Source: Acidobacteriota bacterium
GTDB lineage: Bacteria; Acidobacteriota; Thermoanaerobaculia; Gp7-AA8
DNA length: 60,221 bases
Reading direction: 5' to 3'
Assembly: GCA_019244185.1 (NCBI GenBank)
Contig: JAFATB010000007.1
Location: 1 to 60,221, forward strand
Shown: positions 1-13,428 of the stretch, piece after piece
Position numbering within the stretch: the first letter of the stretch is position 1
Layout of the letters: each line of letters starts with the position of its first letter
Made by a program: the position numbers and the translations under genes
Notes under the pieces: generated by a model
The model's input: the letters and a program-made list of their open reading frames with translations, nothing else
Database searches by the model: none
Told to the model about the DNA's origin: nothing

Positions 1-502
1 CGGGTGTCAGCGTCGAAGATGTCTGGCTCAGCCGCCGCGGCGACTGGGCCGACCTGCAGGCGGTGGCTGATGATCCCGGACTGGAGTCATGGTTGCGTGG
101 CCTGCCGCTGATGCTCATGCTCGCCGACGGCACGCTCGCCCAGCACACTGACGACGACTGTACGCGGAGCTCGGTTCCCGCGTCGGCGACGTGAACGCGG
201 CCGCGCGGCACCTGCTCGCCGTGCCGGGCGGCGTGTTGCAGCTGCTGCGATACACAGTCGGCCGGCATGCGTTCGACGACGTCGCGCGACTCGAACGCTA
301 CCTGCACCATTTCGGTGCCCGCCGCCTCGTGCACGGGCACACGCCCCACGGCGGCGACGAGCCGGCCGCAGCGCACGACGGTCGTGTGGTCAGCTACGAC
401 GGGCGGTTCTCGCGATTCTGGACGCGCGACGAAGGCGACACCTCGGGCCCGGTGGGCGCGACCATCGCTCTCCTGCCGCCGCTCGAGACCGCCGAAGCGT
501 GA
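1..502 (+). CDS. Calcineurin-like metallophosphoesterase, 5'-truncated by the window edge, with an apparent 1-nt frameshift near 158-160
   Basis: Frame 3 reads WLRGLPLMLMLADGTLAQHTDDD; frame 2 continues YAELGSRVGDVNAA...LVHGHTP...VVSYDG to the stop at 500-502. VHGHTP is the C-terminal metal motif of this family. Confidence 0.65.
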
Positions 503-3500
503 CTAGCTTGCGGAGCCGCTCACCGCGCGACGCTTCTGTGAGTCGAGTGGCAGCACGATGAGCGACGAGCCGGCACCACTGCGTTCGCCCAGCTCTGGAC
601 CCATTCCGTTGAGCTGACGCGTGATCACCGCCGCGTCGACGGGCCGGGAGAAGTAGTAGCCCTGGCCCAGCGCGCAGCCAAGCGCGAGGAGGCGCTCCGC
701 CTGCTCCGGATCCTCGACACCCTCGGCGATGAGCGCGAGCCCGAGCGTCTTGCCCATGCGGATGATGGCTTGTGCGAATGCGGCGCGGTGGGGGTCGTCG
801 ACGATGTGGTCCACAAACGCCTTGTCGATCTTCAGTACGTCGATGGGCAGGTCCTGCAGCACCGCCAGTGACGAGTAGCCGGTGCCGAAGTCGTCGATGG
901 AGATGCGGATGCCCATCTCCTTGAGCCGCGTGAGGATCGCCAGCGACAGCTCCGCGTTCTGCATGGCCGTCGATTCCGTGATCTCGAGGTCGAGCAGATG
1001 TGGCGGAAAACCGGTCTCGGCGAGTATGCGCTCGACGGTCGTCACGAGGTCGCGATCCTGGAACTGGCGCGGCGAGAGATTCACCGCGACGCGCAGCCAC
1101 GCGTGTCCCGCGTCGTGCCACGCCTTCATCTGCCGGCAAGCCGTCCGTAATACCCAAGCGCCGAGCGGCACGATGAGCTGCGTCTCCTCGGCGACGGGGA
1201 TGAACTCCTCCGGCTGCATGAGGCCGTGCTCGGGATGGTTCCAGCGGACGAGCGCTTCCGCGCCGACGACGCGTCCGCTGGCGATCTCCACCATCGGCTG
1301 GTAATGCACCTCGAACTCGTCGCGCTCGATGGCGTGATGCAGGCTGCGCTCTAACGTCAGGCGGCCGTTCGTCGCGTCGCGATGCGAGGCGGTGGCGTAC
1401 TGGAAGTTGTCGCGGCCGAGCTCTTTCGCGTGATACATCGCGCGGTCCGCGTTCTTGAGCAGCGTCTCCGCGTCCTCGCCGTCGTCGGGAAAGACGGCGA
1501 TGCCGATCGACGTCGTGACGTACAGCTCGTGATCGCCGACGACCACCGGATGGCGCACGGCCTCGAGCACTTTCTGCGCGACGGCGGTCGCGCCGCGGCG
1601 GTCCGCGAGATCGGCGAGGAGGATCGTGAACTCGTCGCCGCCCATGCGCGCCACCGTGTCTTCCGCGCGCACGCAGTTCACGAGTCGCGCGCCGATGGCC
1701 TGCAGCAGCCGGTCGCCCACGGTGTGGCCGAGAGTGTCGTTGACGAGCTTGAACTGATCGAGATCGAGGAACATCACCGCGGCCATGCGCTCGCTGCGCC
1801 GCGCGTGCGCGAGCGCGACGGTGATGCGGTCGCGGAAGAGCAGGCGGTTGGGCAGGCCGGTCAGCGCGTCGTGATACGCCTGATACTCCATCTGCTCCTG
1901 CGCGTGCTTGCGGTCGGTGATGTCGATGATCGTGCCCTCGAGGATGTTGTTGTCGAGGAGGTTCACGTTCTCGAGCACCCACACCGTGGAGCCGTCGCGG
2001 CGTCGCAGGCGGAGCTCGACGTTGCTGATCTGCTTCTGCGTGCGCAGCATCTGGACGAAGCGCGCGCGGTCGGAGTCGTCGAAGTAGAAGTCGTTCGCGT
2101 TCGCGTGCACGAACTCCTCGCGCGAGTCGTAGCCGAAGATGCGTGCACACGCTTCGTTGCAGTCGAGGATCGCGCCGTGGTCGTCGGTGCGGTAGACGCC
2201 GGCGAGGTTGCGCTCGAAGAGCAGCCGGTAGCGCGCCTCGTTGGCCTTGCGCTCGGTGATGTCGCGGCCGACGCCCTGCACGCCGACCGGACGGCCGTCG
2301 CGATAAATGAGTCGCGTGCTCAGCTCGATCGGAATGTGGCGCCCGTCTTTGGCGACCATGTCCACTTCGTAGAAGGTCGATGTCACTTCGCCGCGCAGCT
2401 TCTTCGTCAGCGCCTCGCGCGCGCGGTCGATGTGCTCCGGCACGAGCAGACGATAGATGTGCGTGCCGAGGAGCTCGTCGCGCGCGTAGCCGCTGGTGCG
2501 CTCGCAGGCGACGTTCATCGACGTGATCAGGTACTCGAGATCGTGCGTGAAGACGAGATCGTTCGCGTTCTCGAAGAGCTCGCGATAGCGCTCCTCGCTC
2601 TCGCGCAGTTCCTCTTCCGCGCGTTTGCGCTCGGTGATGTCCTGGGCGATCACGAGACGCGCGCGGCGTCCCGCGGAGAGGAACTCGAACGACGTCACTT
2701 CCGCGTCGATGACGCTGCCGTTCTTGCGGTGATGGCGCGTCTCGCGCGGACCGCGTTTCTCGTCGATGTTCGCGAGCAATTCGTCGAGCCGCGCCAGTTC
2801 CTCGGGCGGCCGGATCTCGCGAATGCTCATCGCCAGGAATTCCTTGCGCGACCAGCCGTAGTGCCGCACGGCCGCGTCGTTGACGGCGATGAACCGCAGC
2901 GTCTCGAAGTCGTAGACCCACATCGGCAGCGGGTTCATCTCGAACAGCGTGCGGTAGCGATGCTCGCTCTCGCGCAGCGCCTGCTCGGCGCGTTTGCGCT
3001 CCGTGAAGTCGCTCGCGACGTAGACGACGCCGACCGGCGTGCCGTCTTCGTCGCGCAGGAACGACGACGACGCGAGCACGTCGACGACGGAGCCGTCGGC
3101 GCCGCGCCACGCCATCGTGTGCTCGAGAACGCCCGTGCTGTTGAGGAGTTGTCCCGTCGAGAGATTCTGTTCGCTGTGCAGAATCTCGCGGACGTGCGCG
3201 TCGCGCAGCTCCGCGGCGTTGCGCCCGAGGAGCGAGCCGGCGGCGCGGTTGACGACGCGGATGCGGCCGCGCATGTCGATGACGACGACGGCGCCTTTCA
3301 TCGTCTCGAGAATCTGACCGGCAGCGTACTCCGGCGTGATGTCGGCGAGTTGGAAGCGCCACAGCGCGGTCGCGCCGACGACCACGAACGCGAGCGCCGC
3401 CACGAAGCCGACCGGCTGCAGGTCGATGCCGACCGCCGGGAAGTAGTCGAACATCCCGAGCGAGCCGAGGACGAACGCGATCAGCAGCGCGCCGGCGCGT

Positions 3501-4039
3501 TCGCGCGCCTGACCTTCCGCGCGGCGATACGTACGCCACAACAGCTGAACGCTCGTGAAGAGAATCGCCGTGATGCCGAGGACGACGACGCCTCCGTACG
3601 AACGTCCGAACGGATAGAAGCCCCACGGATAGCGGCGCAGGCCGACGATCATCGCGTCGGTGAAGAAGCCGAGCAGTCCGACGCCCGCGCAGCCGGCCCA
3701 GAAGAGTGCCGCGGGCAGACGATAGTGACGGCGGCGTCCGACGAGCTCGGACGCGAATTGAAAGACCGCCGCGGGAATGAGCGTGCCGGAGAGATAGCCG
3801 CAGCGCGCCCAGAAGATCGCGACCGACGGCACGAGCGCGGCGTACATCAGCGCGAACGACGCGAGCCAGCCGAAATTGAAGAGCGTGACGACGAAGAAGA
3901 GCGCGCCGACGCGGTTACGGCTGCGCGCGAGATTGCCCGCGCCGAGGAGCAGAATCGACACGGCGGCCAGCGCGGTCGCAAAAGACAGCGCATGCGCCGC
4001 GTAACCGTCGGCGAGCCACAGCTGGTCGAGCTCGGGCAC
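503..4039 (-). CDS. Membrane-anchored multi-PAS diguanylate cyclase/phosphodiesterase (7TM-PAS x4-GGDEF-EAL)
   Basis: Hydrophobic N-terminal region; repeated PAS/PAC ends (DFTERKR, DITERKR, DITERKA, DITDRKH); RAED...MGGDEF; AEALVRW; DDFGTGYSSL; AEGVE; GQGYYFSRP. C-terminus may be chimeric (see findings). Confidence 0.93.
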   Translation of the reverse strand: MPELDQLWLADGYAAHALSFATALAAVSILLLGAGNLARSRNRVGALFFVVTLFNFGWLASFALMYAALVPSVAIFWARCGYLSGTLIPAAVFQFASELVGRRRHYRLPAALFWAGCAGVGLLGFFTDAMIVGLRRYPWGFYPFGRSYGGVVVLGITAILFTSVQLLWRTYRRAEGQARERAGALLIAFVLGSLGMFDYFPAVGIDLQPVGFVAALAFVVVGATALWRFQLADITPEYAAGQILETMKGAVVVIDMRGRIRVVNRAAGSLLGRNAAELRDAHVREILHSEQNLSTGQLLNSTGVLEHTMAWRGADGSVVDVLASSSFLRDEDGTPVGVVYVASDFTERKRAEQALRESEHRYRTLFEMNPLPMWVYDFETLRFIAVNDAAVRHYGWSRKEFLAMSIREIRPPEELARLDELLANIDEKRGPRETRHHRKNGSVIDAEVTSFEFLSAGRRARLVIAQDITERKRAEEELRESEERYRELFENANDLVFTHDLEYLITSMNVACERTSGYARDELLGTHIYRLLVPEHIDRAREALTKKLRGEVTSTFYEVDMVAKDGRHIPIELSTRLIYRDGRPVGVQGVGRDITERKANEARYRLLFERNLAGVYRTDDHGAILDCNEACARIFGYDSREEFVHANANDFYFDDSDRARFVQMLRTQKQISNVELRLRRRDGSTVWVLENVNLLDNNILEGTIIDITDRKHAQEQMEYQAYHDALTGLPNRLLFRDRITVALAHARRSERMAAVMFLDLDQFKLVNDTLGHTVGDRLLQAIGARLVNCVRAEDTVARMGGDEFTILLADLADRRGATAVAQKVLEAVRHPVVVGDHELYVTTSIGIAVFPDDGEDAETLLKNADRAMYHAKELGRDNFQYATASHRDATNGRLTLERSLHHAIERDEFEVHYQPMVEIASGRVVGAEALVRWNHPEHGLMQPEEFIPVAEETQLIVPLGAWVLRTACRQMKAWHDAGHAWLRVAVNLSPRQFQDRDLVTTVERILAETGFPPHLLDLEITESTAMQNAELSLAILTRLKEMGIRISIDDFGTGYSSLAVLQDLPIDVLKIDKAFVDHIVDDPHRAAFAQAIIRMGKTLGLALIAEGVEDPEQAERLLALGCALGQGYYFSRPVDAAVITRQLNGMGPELGERSGAGSSLIVLPLDSQKRRAVSGSAS

Positions 4040-4113
4040 TGGTCAGGAAAACCCCGACGATAGTATCGCGTGGCGCGCGCTCGACCGTGCGCCCGATCAC
4101 AGCGGACGCGGCG

Positions 4114-4434
4114 CTATTCGTAATCGCGTTTCTTGAAGTACCCGTCCTGTTTCGCGCCGCCCTCGGCGCTCGTGACATTCTTCCCCGGCAGCGAGGAGTC
4201 GGGGGTCGGTCCGCCGGAGCCCGCGTTCGCCTGTTCGTTCTCGATGAGCTGGAACTCCGACGTGCGTCCGCCCTGATGCTGCGCGGTCGTCTCCGACTCC
4301 CGGCGCTCGTCGTAAAACTCGCGCTGTTCGGGCGGCGGCGCCGACTTCGGATCGTGCACCTTCTGTCCCGTCTCGCCCTTCACCCATTCGCCGCTGCTGC
4401 CGTAGCTCTGCGGCTCGTTCTTGTCGTTCGCCAT
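4114..4434 (-). CDS. Small hydrophilic hypothetical protein (106 aa, MANDKNEPQSYGSSGEWV...)
   Basis: ATG at 4434 preceded by GGAGGTG RBS; charged, probably disordered sequence; sigma54-like site upstream. Confidence 0.75.
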   Translation of the reverse strand: MANDKNEPQSYGSSGEWVKGETGQKVHDPKSAPPPEQREFYDERRESETTAQHQGGRTSEFQLIENEQANAGSGGPTPDSSLPGKNVTSAEGGAKQDGYFKKRDYE

Positions 4435-4456
4435 GGGCACCTCCGCCGTTCCGAAA

Positions 4457-4473
4457 TTGCACAGGCACTGCCA
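4457..4473 (-). promoter_or_regulatory. Putative sigma54 -24/-12 promoter of the 4114-4434 gene
   Basis: Minus strand TGGCAGTGCCTGTGCAA has exact GG-N10-GC spacing, placed just upstream of the RBS. Confidence 0.55.
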
Positions 4474-4485
4474 TACAATCGGCGC

Positions 4486-4830
4486 ATGCGCAGATGGATG
4501 GTGGTGTTCGCGTTGCTCGTCGTCATGCCGCTCCTCGTCGTGCCGATTGCAGCGGCGCCGCCCGCGAAGAAGAAGCCGGCGCCCGCGCCGCCTCCGGTGC
4601 CGCTCGCGCCGCAAACGCTCCCCCACCACATCGCGCTCTTTCTCGCCGAGATCTCGCACGAGGGGGCGCGCGCGGTGACGTTCCGCGCCACCGCGGTCGG
4701 CACCCGCTTCTTCCTGGAGGAAGGCTCGGGCGTGACGGTGTACGTCTTTCGGAACGGCGAGTACGTGAAGGAGACGTTTCTGCCGAATACGACGCTCGCG
4801 AAGGCGACCAAGCGTTACGGCGTCAGCTGA
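4486..4830 (+). CDS. Small secreted hypothetical protein (114 aa)
   Basis: MRRWMVVFALLVVMPLLVVPIAAA signal peptide, Pro/Lys linker; TACAAT 6 nt upstream of ATG. Confidence 0.75.
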   Translation: MRRWMVVFALLVVMPLLVVPIAAAPPAKKKPAPAPPPVPLAPQTLPHHIALFLAEISHEGARAVTFRATAVGTRFFLEEGSGVTVYVFRNGEYVKETFLPNTTLAKATKRYGVS

Positions 4831-4852
4831 CGCGTGAGCTAAGCTCACGCCC

Positions 4853-6142
4853 ATGAAGCGTCTCGCAATCCTTCTGCTCATGGCTCTGCCGCTCGCCGCA
4901 CAGTCGCTCGATCAGCGCATCACCGCGATCCTGCCGGGGCTCCTCGACACGTATCGCACGCTGCACGCGAACCCGGAGCTCTCGACGCAGGAGGCGAAGA
5001 CGTCGGCGCTCGTCGGGCAGCGACTGCGCGAACTCGGCTACGACGTCACGACGCCGTTCGGGAAGTATCCCGATCCGGCGCTCACGTGTTACGGCGTGGT
5101 GGCCATCCTGAAGAACGGCAACGGGCCGACGCTCCTCGTGCGCACCGATCTCGACGCGCTGCCGGTCACCGAACAGACCGGCCTCCCCTACGCGAGCACG
5201 AACGCGGGCGTGATGCACGCCTGCGGACACGACGTCCACATGACGACCCTTCTCGGCGCGGCCAAGCTCATCGCCGATCTCAAGTCGCAGTGGCACGGCA
5301 CGGTGATGCTCATCGGCCAGCCGGCGGAAGAAGTCGTAAAGGGCGCGCAGGGCATGCTCGCCGGCGGTCTGTACGAGCGCTTCGGCAAGCCCGACTTCGC
5401 CATCGCGCTGCACGACTGGGCGGGACTCGAGAGCGGCAGAGTCGGCTATCGCCCGGCGCAGTTCATGGCCGCGACCGATTCCGTGAACCTGACCATCCGC
5501 GGCGTCGGCGGTCACGGCGCGGCGCCGCAGTCGACGAAAGATCCGGTCGTCCTCGCGGCGCAAACGATCCTCGCGCTGCAGACGATCGCCAGCCGCGAGC
5601 ACTCGCCGCTCGATCCGGTCGTCGTCACCGTCGGTCGCCTCGAAGGCGGCACCAAGCGCAACATCATCCCCGACGACGTGAGGCTCTATCTCACGATCCG
5701 CACGTTCAAACCCGAAGTCCGGCAGCGCGTGCTCGATTCCGTGCAGCGCATTCCGAAAGGTCTCGCACTGGCTGCAGGCGTGCCCGACGATCGCGCGCCG
5801 GTGTACGAACATCTCGACGCGGAGTCGGTCGCGGCGACGTACAACGATCCGGCGCTCACCGATCGCTTCCAGAAAGCGATCGGACGCGAGCTCGGCGCGG
5901 ACAAAGTCGTGCTCATCGATCCGGCGATGGTCAGCGAGGACTTCGGCCTCTTCGGCATGAGCGGCCAGATTCCGACGGCGCTGCTCGCGCTCGGCGCCGC
6001 CGATCCGGCGAAGCTCGCGTCGAACACGCAGCCGGGTTTGCATTCGAGCAAGTTCGCGCCGTACGTGCCGGAGACCGTTTTGCGCACCGGCATCCGCGCG
6101 GTCGTCGCGGGCGTGCTCGATCTCCTCGGCGCGCGTCACTGA
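4853..6142 (+). CDS. Secreted M20D-family amidohydrolase/carboxypeptidase
   Basis: Signal peptide; LHANPELS, RTDLDALP, MHACGHD, GQPAEE, GGHGA, SEDF, LHSS motifs. Confidence 0.93.
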   Translation: MKRLAILLLMALPLAAQSLDQRITAILPGLLDTYRTLHANPELSTQEAKTSALVGQRLRELGYDVTTPFGKYPDPALTCYGVVAILKNGNGPTLLVRTDLDALPVTEQTGLPYASTNAGVMHACGHDVHMTTLLGAAKLIADLKSQWHGTVMLIGQPAEEVVKGAQGMLAGGLYERFGKPDFAIALHDWAGLESGRVGYRPAQFMAATDSVNLTIRGVGGHGAAPQSTKDPVVLAAQTILALQTIASREHSPLDPVVVTVGRLEGGTKRNIIPDDVRLYLTIRTFKPEVRQRVLDSVQRIPKGLALAAGVPDDRAPVYEHLDAESVAATYNDPALTDRFQKAIGRELGADKVVLIDPAMVSEDFGLFGMSGQIPTALLALGAADPAKLASNTQPGLHSSKFAPYVPETVLRTGIRAVVAGVLDLLGARH

Positions 6143-6167
6143 CGTCGCGCTGAGACCGCGCAACGAT

Positions 6168-8444
<2,277 letters not shown>

Positions 8445-8467
8445 GGGTATGCGAGGATTGTAGGGGA

Positions 8468-9871
<1,404 letters not shown>

Positions 9872-9948
9872 AGAACCTCTGCTATCATTCGCGCCGTTCC
9901 CCGGATGCCGTAATTCTCTCTGAAAGTAACGACTTAGGAGGTCACACC

Positions 9949-11235
9949 TTGCGATCCCTCAGATTCATTCTCATCACGACCCTGGCGTGTCTGGTGAGCG
10001 CCGCGGCATTCGGTGCCGGATTCTCGATCTTCGAACAGGGAGCGAAAGCGACGGGCATGTCCGGCGCCTTCGCGGCGACGGCCGACGATCCGAGCGCCAT
10101 CTTCTACAACCCCGCCGGCATCGCGCAGCAGCGCCAGCTCTCGCTGCTCGTCGGCGGCACCGCGATCAACTTCTCGAACGAGTTCCGCGGCGATCCGAAC
10201 AGCATCTTCACGGCCGGCGCGACCGGCCAGTACAACCGGCACACGTTCGTGCCGCCCAACGCGTACGTGGTCGTGCCGATCGGCAGCAACCTCTCGTTCG
10301 GCGTCGGCGTCTTCTCCGCGTTCGGCCTGCGCACCGACTGGCAGGACCCGTGGGTCGGCCGCTTCATCTCGCGCGACGCCGATCTCAAGACGCTCTCCGT
10401 GAACCCCGTGCTCGCGTGGCAGACGTCGAACGGCAAGTTCGCCATCGGAGGCGGCGTCGAATACCGCCGCGCGAAGGTCGTCCTCAATCAGAACCTGGCC
10501 CTGCCGTTCCTCAACCCGTTCACGAACCGCATCACCGACATCGCCAACGCGCGCCTGGCGAGCGATTGGGACTCGAGCAACGGCTGGAACATCGGCTTCC
10601 TCTTCAAGCCGACGCCGCGCTGGCGCATCGGCGCCGCGTACCGCGCGCCGATGGACATCGATCTCCACGGCGCGGCCGACTTCACGGCCATCTCCACCGG
10701 CAACGCGCAGCTCGACGCGCTGGTCGCGCCGAGCATCCCGGTCGATCAGCCGATCAACACGACCATCCCCTTCCCCGCCATCACGAACATCGGCGTCGCC
10801 ACGACCGTCGGCCACAACTGGACCGCGGAGTTCGACATCGTCAACATGACCTGGAGCCGCTTCAAGGCGCTGCCGATCAACTTCGAGACCACTCCCGCGC
10901 GCAACATCGTCCGCCCGCAGAACTGGGACGACTCGAACTCCTACCGCCTCGGCCTCAACAAGACCGTCAGTTCGAACTGGGACGTGCGCCTCGGCGCGCT
11001 CTATGACGAGAACCCGCAGCCGATCGAGTCCGTCAGTCCGCTGCTCCCCGACTCCGACCGCATCGGCGTCAACTTCGGCGCCGGCTTCCACGCCGGTCCG
11101 TTCGTCGTCGACGCCGCCGCGTTCCTGCTGCACTTCAAGGAGCGCGATACCAATGGCCACAACCTCGATGGCTTCAACGGCACGTACAAGACCGACGCCA
11201 CGCTGTGGAGCCTGAACGTCGGATACCGCTTCTAA
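9949..11235 (+). CDS. OmpP1/FadL-family outer-membrane transporter
   Basis: Signal peptide then AGFSIFEQG..GM.GAFAATADDPSAIFYNPAG hatch motif; C-terminal aromatic residue (GYRF); AGGAGGT RBS. Confidence 0.92.
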   Translation: MRSLRFILITTLACLVSAAAFGAGFSIFEQGAKATGMSGAFAATADDPSAIFYNPAGIAQQRQLSLLVGGTAINFSNEFRGDPNSIFTAGATGQYNRHTFVPPNAYVVVPIGSNLSFGVGVFSAFGLRTDWQDPWVGRFISRDADLKTLSVNPVLAWQTSNGKFAIGGGVEYRRAKVVLNQNLALPFLNPFTNRITDIANARLASDWDSSNGWNIGFLFKPTPRWRIGAAYRAPMDIDLHGAADFTAISTGNAQLDALVAPSIPVDQPINTTIPFPAITNIGVATTVGHNWTAEFDIVNMTWSRFKALPINFETTPARNIVRPQNWDDSNSYRLGLNKTVSSNWDVRLGALYDENPQPIESVSPLLPDSDRIGVNFGAGFHAGPFVVDAAAFLLHFKERDTNGHNLDGFNGTYKTDATLWSLNVGYRF

Positions 11236-11245
11236 AGGAGACCCC

Positions 11246-12676
11246 ATGAAATCGAAGAACATCAGACTCGCAGTCGCTGTCGCGGTTGCAGCACTCGTCG
11301 CAGTTCCGATGTTCGCCGCGCGCGGCTCGGCGAACTTCACCCGCTTCGTGGTCATCGGCGACAGCTACGGCGCCGGCTTCCAGAGCGGCTCGCTCAACAT
11401 CAATCATCAGGTGTACAGCTGGCCCGCGATCATCGCGCAGCAGGCGGGGCTGAAGCTCTGCGGCCCGACCGCCACCGCGACCGACAACTGCTTCGCGCAG
11501 CCGCTCGTGTCGTATCCCGGCATCGGCCCCGAGCTCGTGCTGCAGAACCTCACCGTCGGCCCCGTGTCGCAGAGCGGCCAGGGCACGCCGCTCATGACGA
11601 CGTTCGGCCGTCCGTACAACAACCTCAGCGTCCCCGGCGCGACGGTCGGCGCGGCGCTCGCGATCACCGGCGCGGAAGCACCGAGCGCGGGTGAGCCGAC
11701 GGCCGTGACCTTCGGCCGCTTCATCCTCCGCGGCCTCGGCACCGAGGTGCAGCAGGCGGTCGCGCAGCACCCGACGTTCATCGCGATGTGGCTCGGCGGC
11801 AACGACTACCTCGGCTCCGCGCTCGCCGGCACCGACAAAGCGCTCACGCCGACGGACGTCTTCGCGCAGCGCTACAACGCCATCCTCGATCAGCTCGTCG
11901 CCGGCGCGCCGGACGCGGGCATGGTCGTCGGCAACCTGCCGGCGGTCATCCCGCCGATCTTCACGCTCGTGCCGCCATTCGTCATCAACCCGGCCACCTC
12001 GCAGCCTGTGCTCGGCCCAGACGGTAAGCCGATCTATTACATCGCCGAGCTCGGCGACGGCACGGTCGGTCAGCTGCCTCCGGGAAGCCTCGTGCTCCTC
12101 GACGCTCGCGCGCAGATCGCCAGCGGCTTCGGCCTCCCGCCGGTGCCGCCGTTCAACGCGCTGCCGAACGCCGGCAAGCCGCTCCCCGATCGTCTCGTGC
12201 TGACGCCGACCGAGATCGGCAACATCGTGACGCGCGTCGGCGAGTACAACAACGTCATCAACCAGGCCGCGACCGCGCGCAACATCCCGGTCGCCGACAT
12301 CGCCGGCCTCTTCAACAGCGTCACCGTGAATCCCGCCACGGGTGCGGGCGGCCTGCAGGTCGGCCCCGTGAAGATCACGAACGCGTTCGTGACCGGCGGC
12401 TTCTTCAGCCTCGACGGCTTCCACCTCACCGACTTCGGTTACCTGCTCTTCGCCGACCAGTACATCCGCGCGATCAACGCGGGCTACGGCACCGAGATCC
12501 CGCTCGCGGGCGTGACGCCGTACATGCAACAGTGGCCGCTGCCCGCTCAAGCTGGCATTCCTCCGGGCAACGCGTCTGCGGGAAGCATCGTCGTTCCCGA
12601 CTCCGTCAGCATCGATCTGCGCACGATGTTCGGCGCCGTCCCGCCGGCGCGCCACTTCCGCGCCGTGCATCACTAA
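11246..12676 (+). CDS. Secreted SGNH/GDSL hydrolase (lipase/esterase)
   Basis: VIGDSYGAG (block I), NLSVPGA (II), WLGGND (III), FSLDGFHL (V); directly downstream of FadL. Confidence 0.88.
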   Translation: MKSKNIRLAVAVAVAALVAVPMFAARGSANFTRFVVIGDSYGAGFQSGSLNINHQVYSWPAIIAQQAGLKLCGPTATATDNCFAQPLVSYPGIGPELVLQNLTVGPVSQSGQGTPLMTTFGRPYNNLSVPGATVGAALAITGAEAPSAGEPTAVTFGRFILRGLGTEVQQAVAQHPTFIAMWLGGNDYLGSALAGTDKALTPTDVFAQRYNAILDQLVAGAPDAGMVVGNLPAVIPPIFTLVPPFVINPATSQPVLGPDGKPIYYIAELGDGTVGQLPPGSLVLLDARAQIASGFGLPPVPPFNALPNAGKPLPDRLVLTPTEIGNIVTRVGEYNNVINQAATARNIPVADIAGLFNSVTVNPATGAGGLQVGPVKITNAFVTGGFFSLDGFHLTDFGYLLFADQYIRAINAGYGTEIPLAGVTPYMQQWPLPAQAGIPPGNASAGSIVVPDSVSIDLRTMFGAVPPARHFRAVHH

Positions 12677-12697
12677 CGCTCGCACAACACCAACGCG

Positions 12698-12725
12698 AAA
12701 GGGCGGCCTCACGGCCGCCCTTTTT
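12698..12725 (+). terminator. Rho-independent terminator
   Basis: AAAGGGCGGCC-TCAC-GGCCGCCCTTTTT. Confidence 0.88.
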
Positions 12726-12741
12726 GTTTACAGTGTCGACG

Positions 12742-13425
12742 ATGCCGGTCGCTTCTTCCGCAGCGCAGATCCGCGACGAGTTCGATCGCATCGCGACGCT
12801 CACCGCGCGTGCGGGGGCAGGCTTCGCGCACGAACGCTGGCTGCGCGCACACGTGCCGCGCACGCGCGGCACGCTGCTCGAGATCGGCTGCGGCATCGGC
12901 GACTTCGCGCGCATGCTCACGCCATCATTCGATCGCGTCGTCGGGATCGACTTCTCCGAAGGAATGATCGCGGAGGCGCGGCAGCGCACGACGGCGCGCA
13001 ACATCGAGTTCGTCTGCGCGGAGCTCTTCACGTGGCTGCGCGATTCGCGCGAGACCTACGACTGCATCGTCAGCGTGGCGACGCTGCATCATGTCGACGC
13101 CCCCTCCGCGCTGCGCGCCATGGCCGCCGCATTGAAGCCGGGCGGAACGCTCCTCGTCCTCGATCTCGTCGAGCGTCCGGGGTGGCGGCGCTACACGCCG
13201 TTCAATCTATTCGCGGCATTCGTGGCGCGCCTACGCGACCTGCGACACGCGCGCAACCGCGCCTATCGCGAGCTGCGCGCGGCGTACGAGGAGCACGGAC
13301 GCAACGAGACCTACCTGACGATGGCCGACGTGCGCGCGATGGCGAAGGCAACGCTCCCGCGGGCGAAGGTGCGGGAGCATCTGCTGTGGCGCTATTCGAT
13401 CGTGTGGACGCGTCCGGGAGGCTGA
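12742..13425 (+). CDS. Class I SAM-dependent methyltransferase
   Basis: LLEIGCGIG, GIDFSEGM, YDCIVSVATLHH, LKPGG; TACAGT 7 nt before ATG. Confidence 0.9.
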   Translation: MPVASSAAQIRDEFDRIATLTARAGAGFAHERWLRAHVPRTRGTLLEIGCGIGDFARMLTPSFDRVVGIDFSEGMIAEARQRTTARNIEFVCAELFTWLRDSRETYDCIVSVATLHHVDAPSALRAMAAALKPGGTLLVLDLVERPGWRRYTPFNLFAAFVARLRDLRHARNRAYRELRAAYEEHGRNETYLTMADVRAMAKATLPRAKVREHLLWRYSIVWTRPGG

Positions 13426-13428
13426 CAG

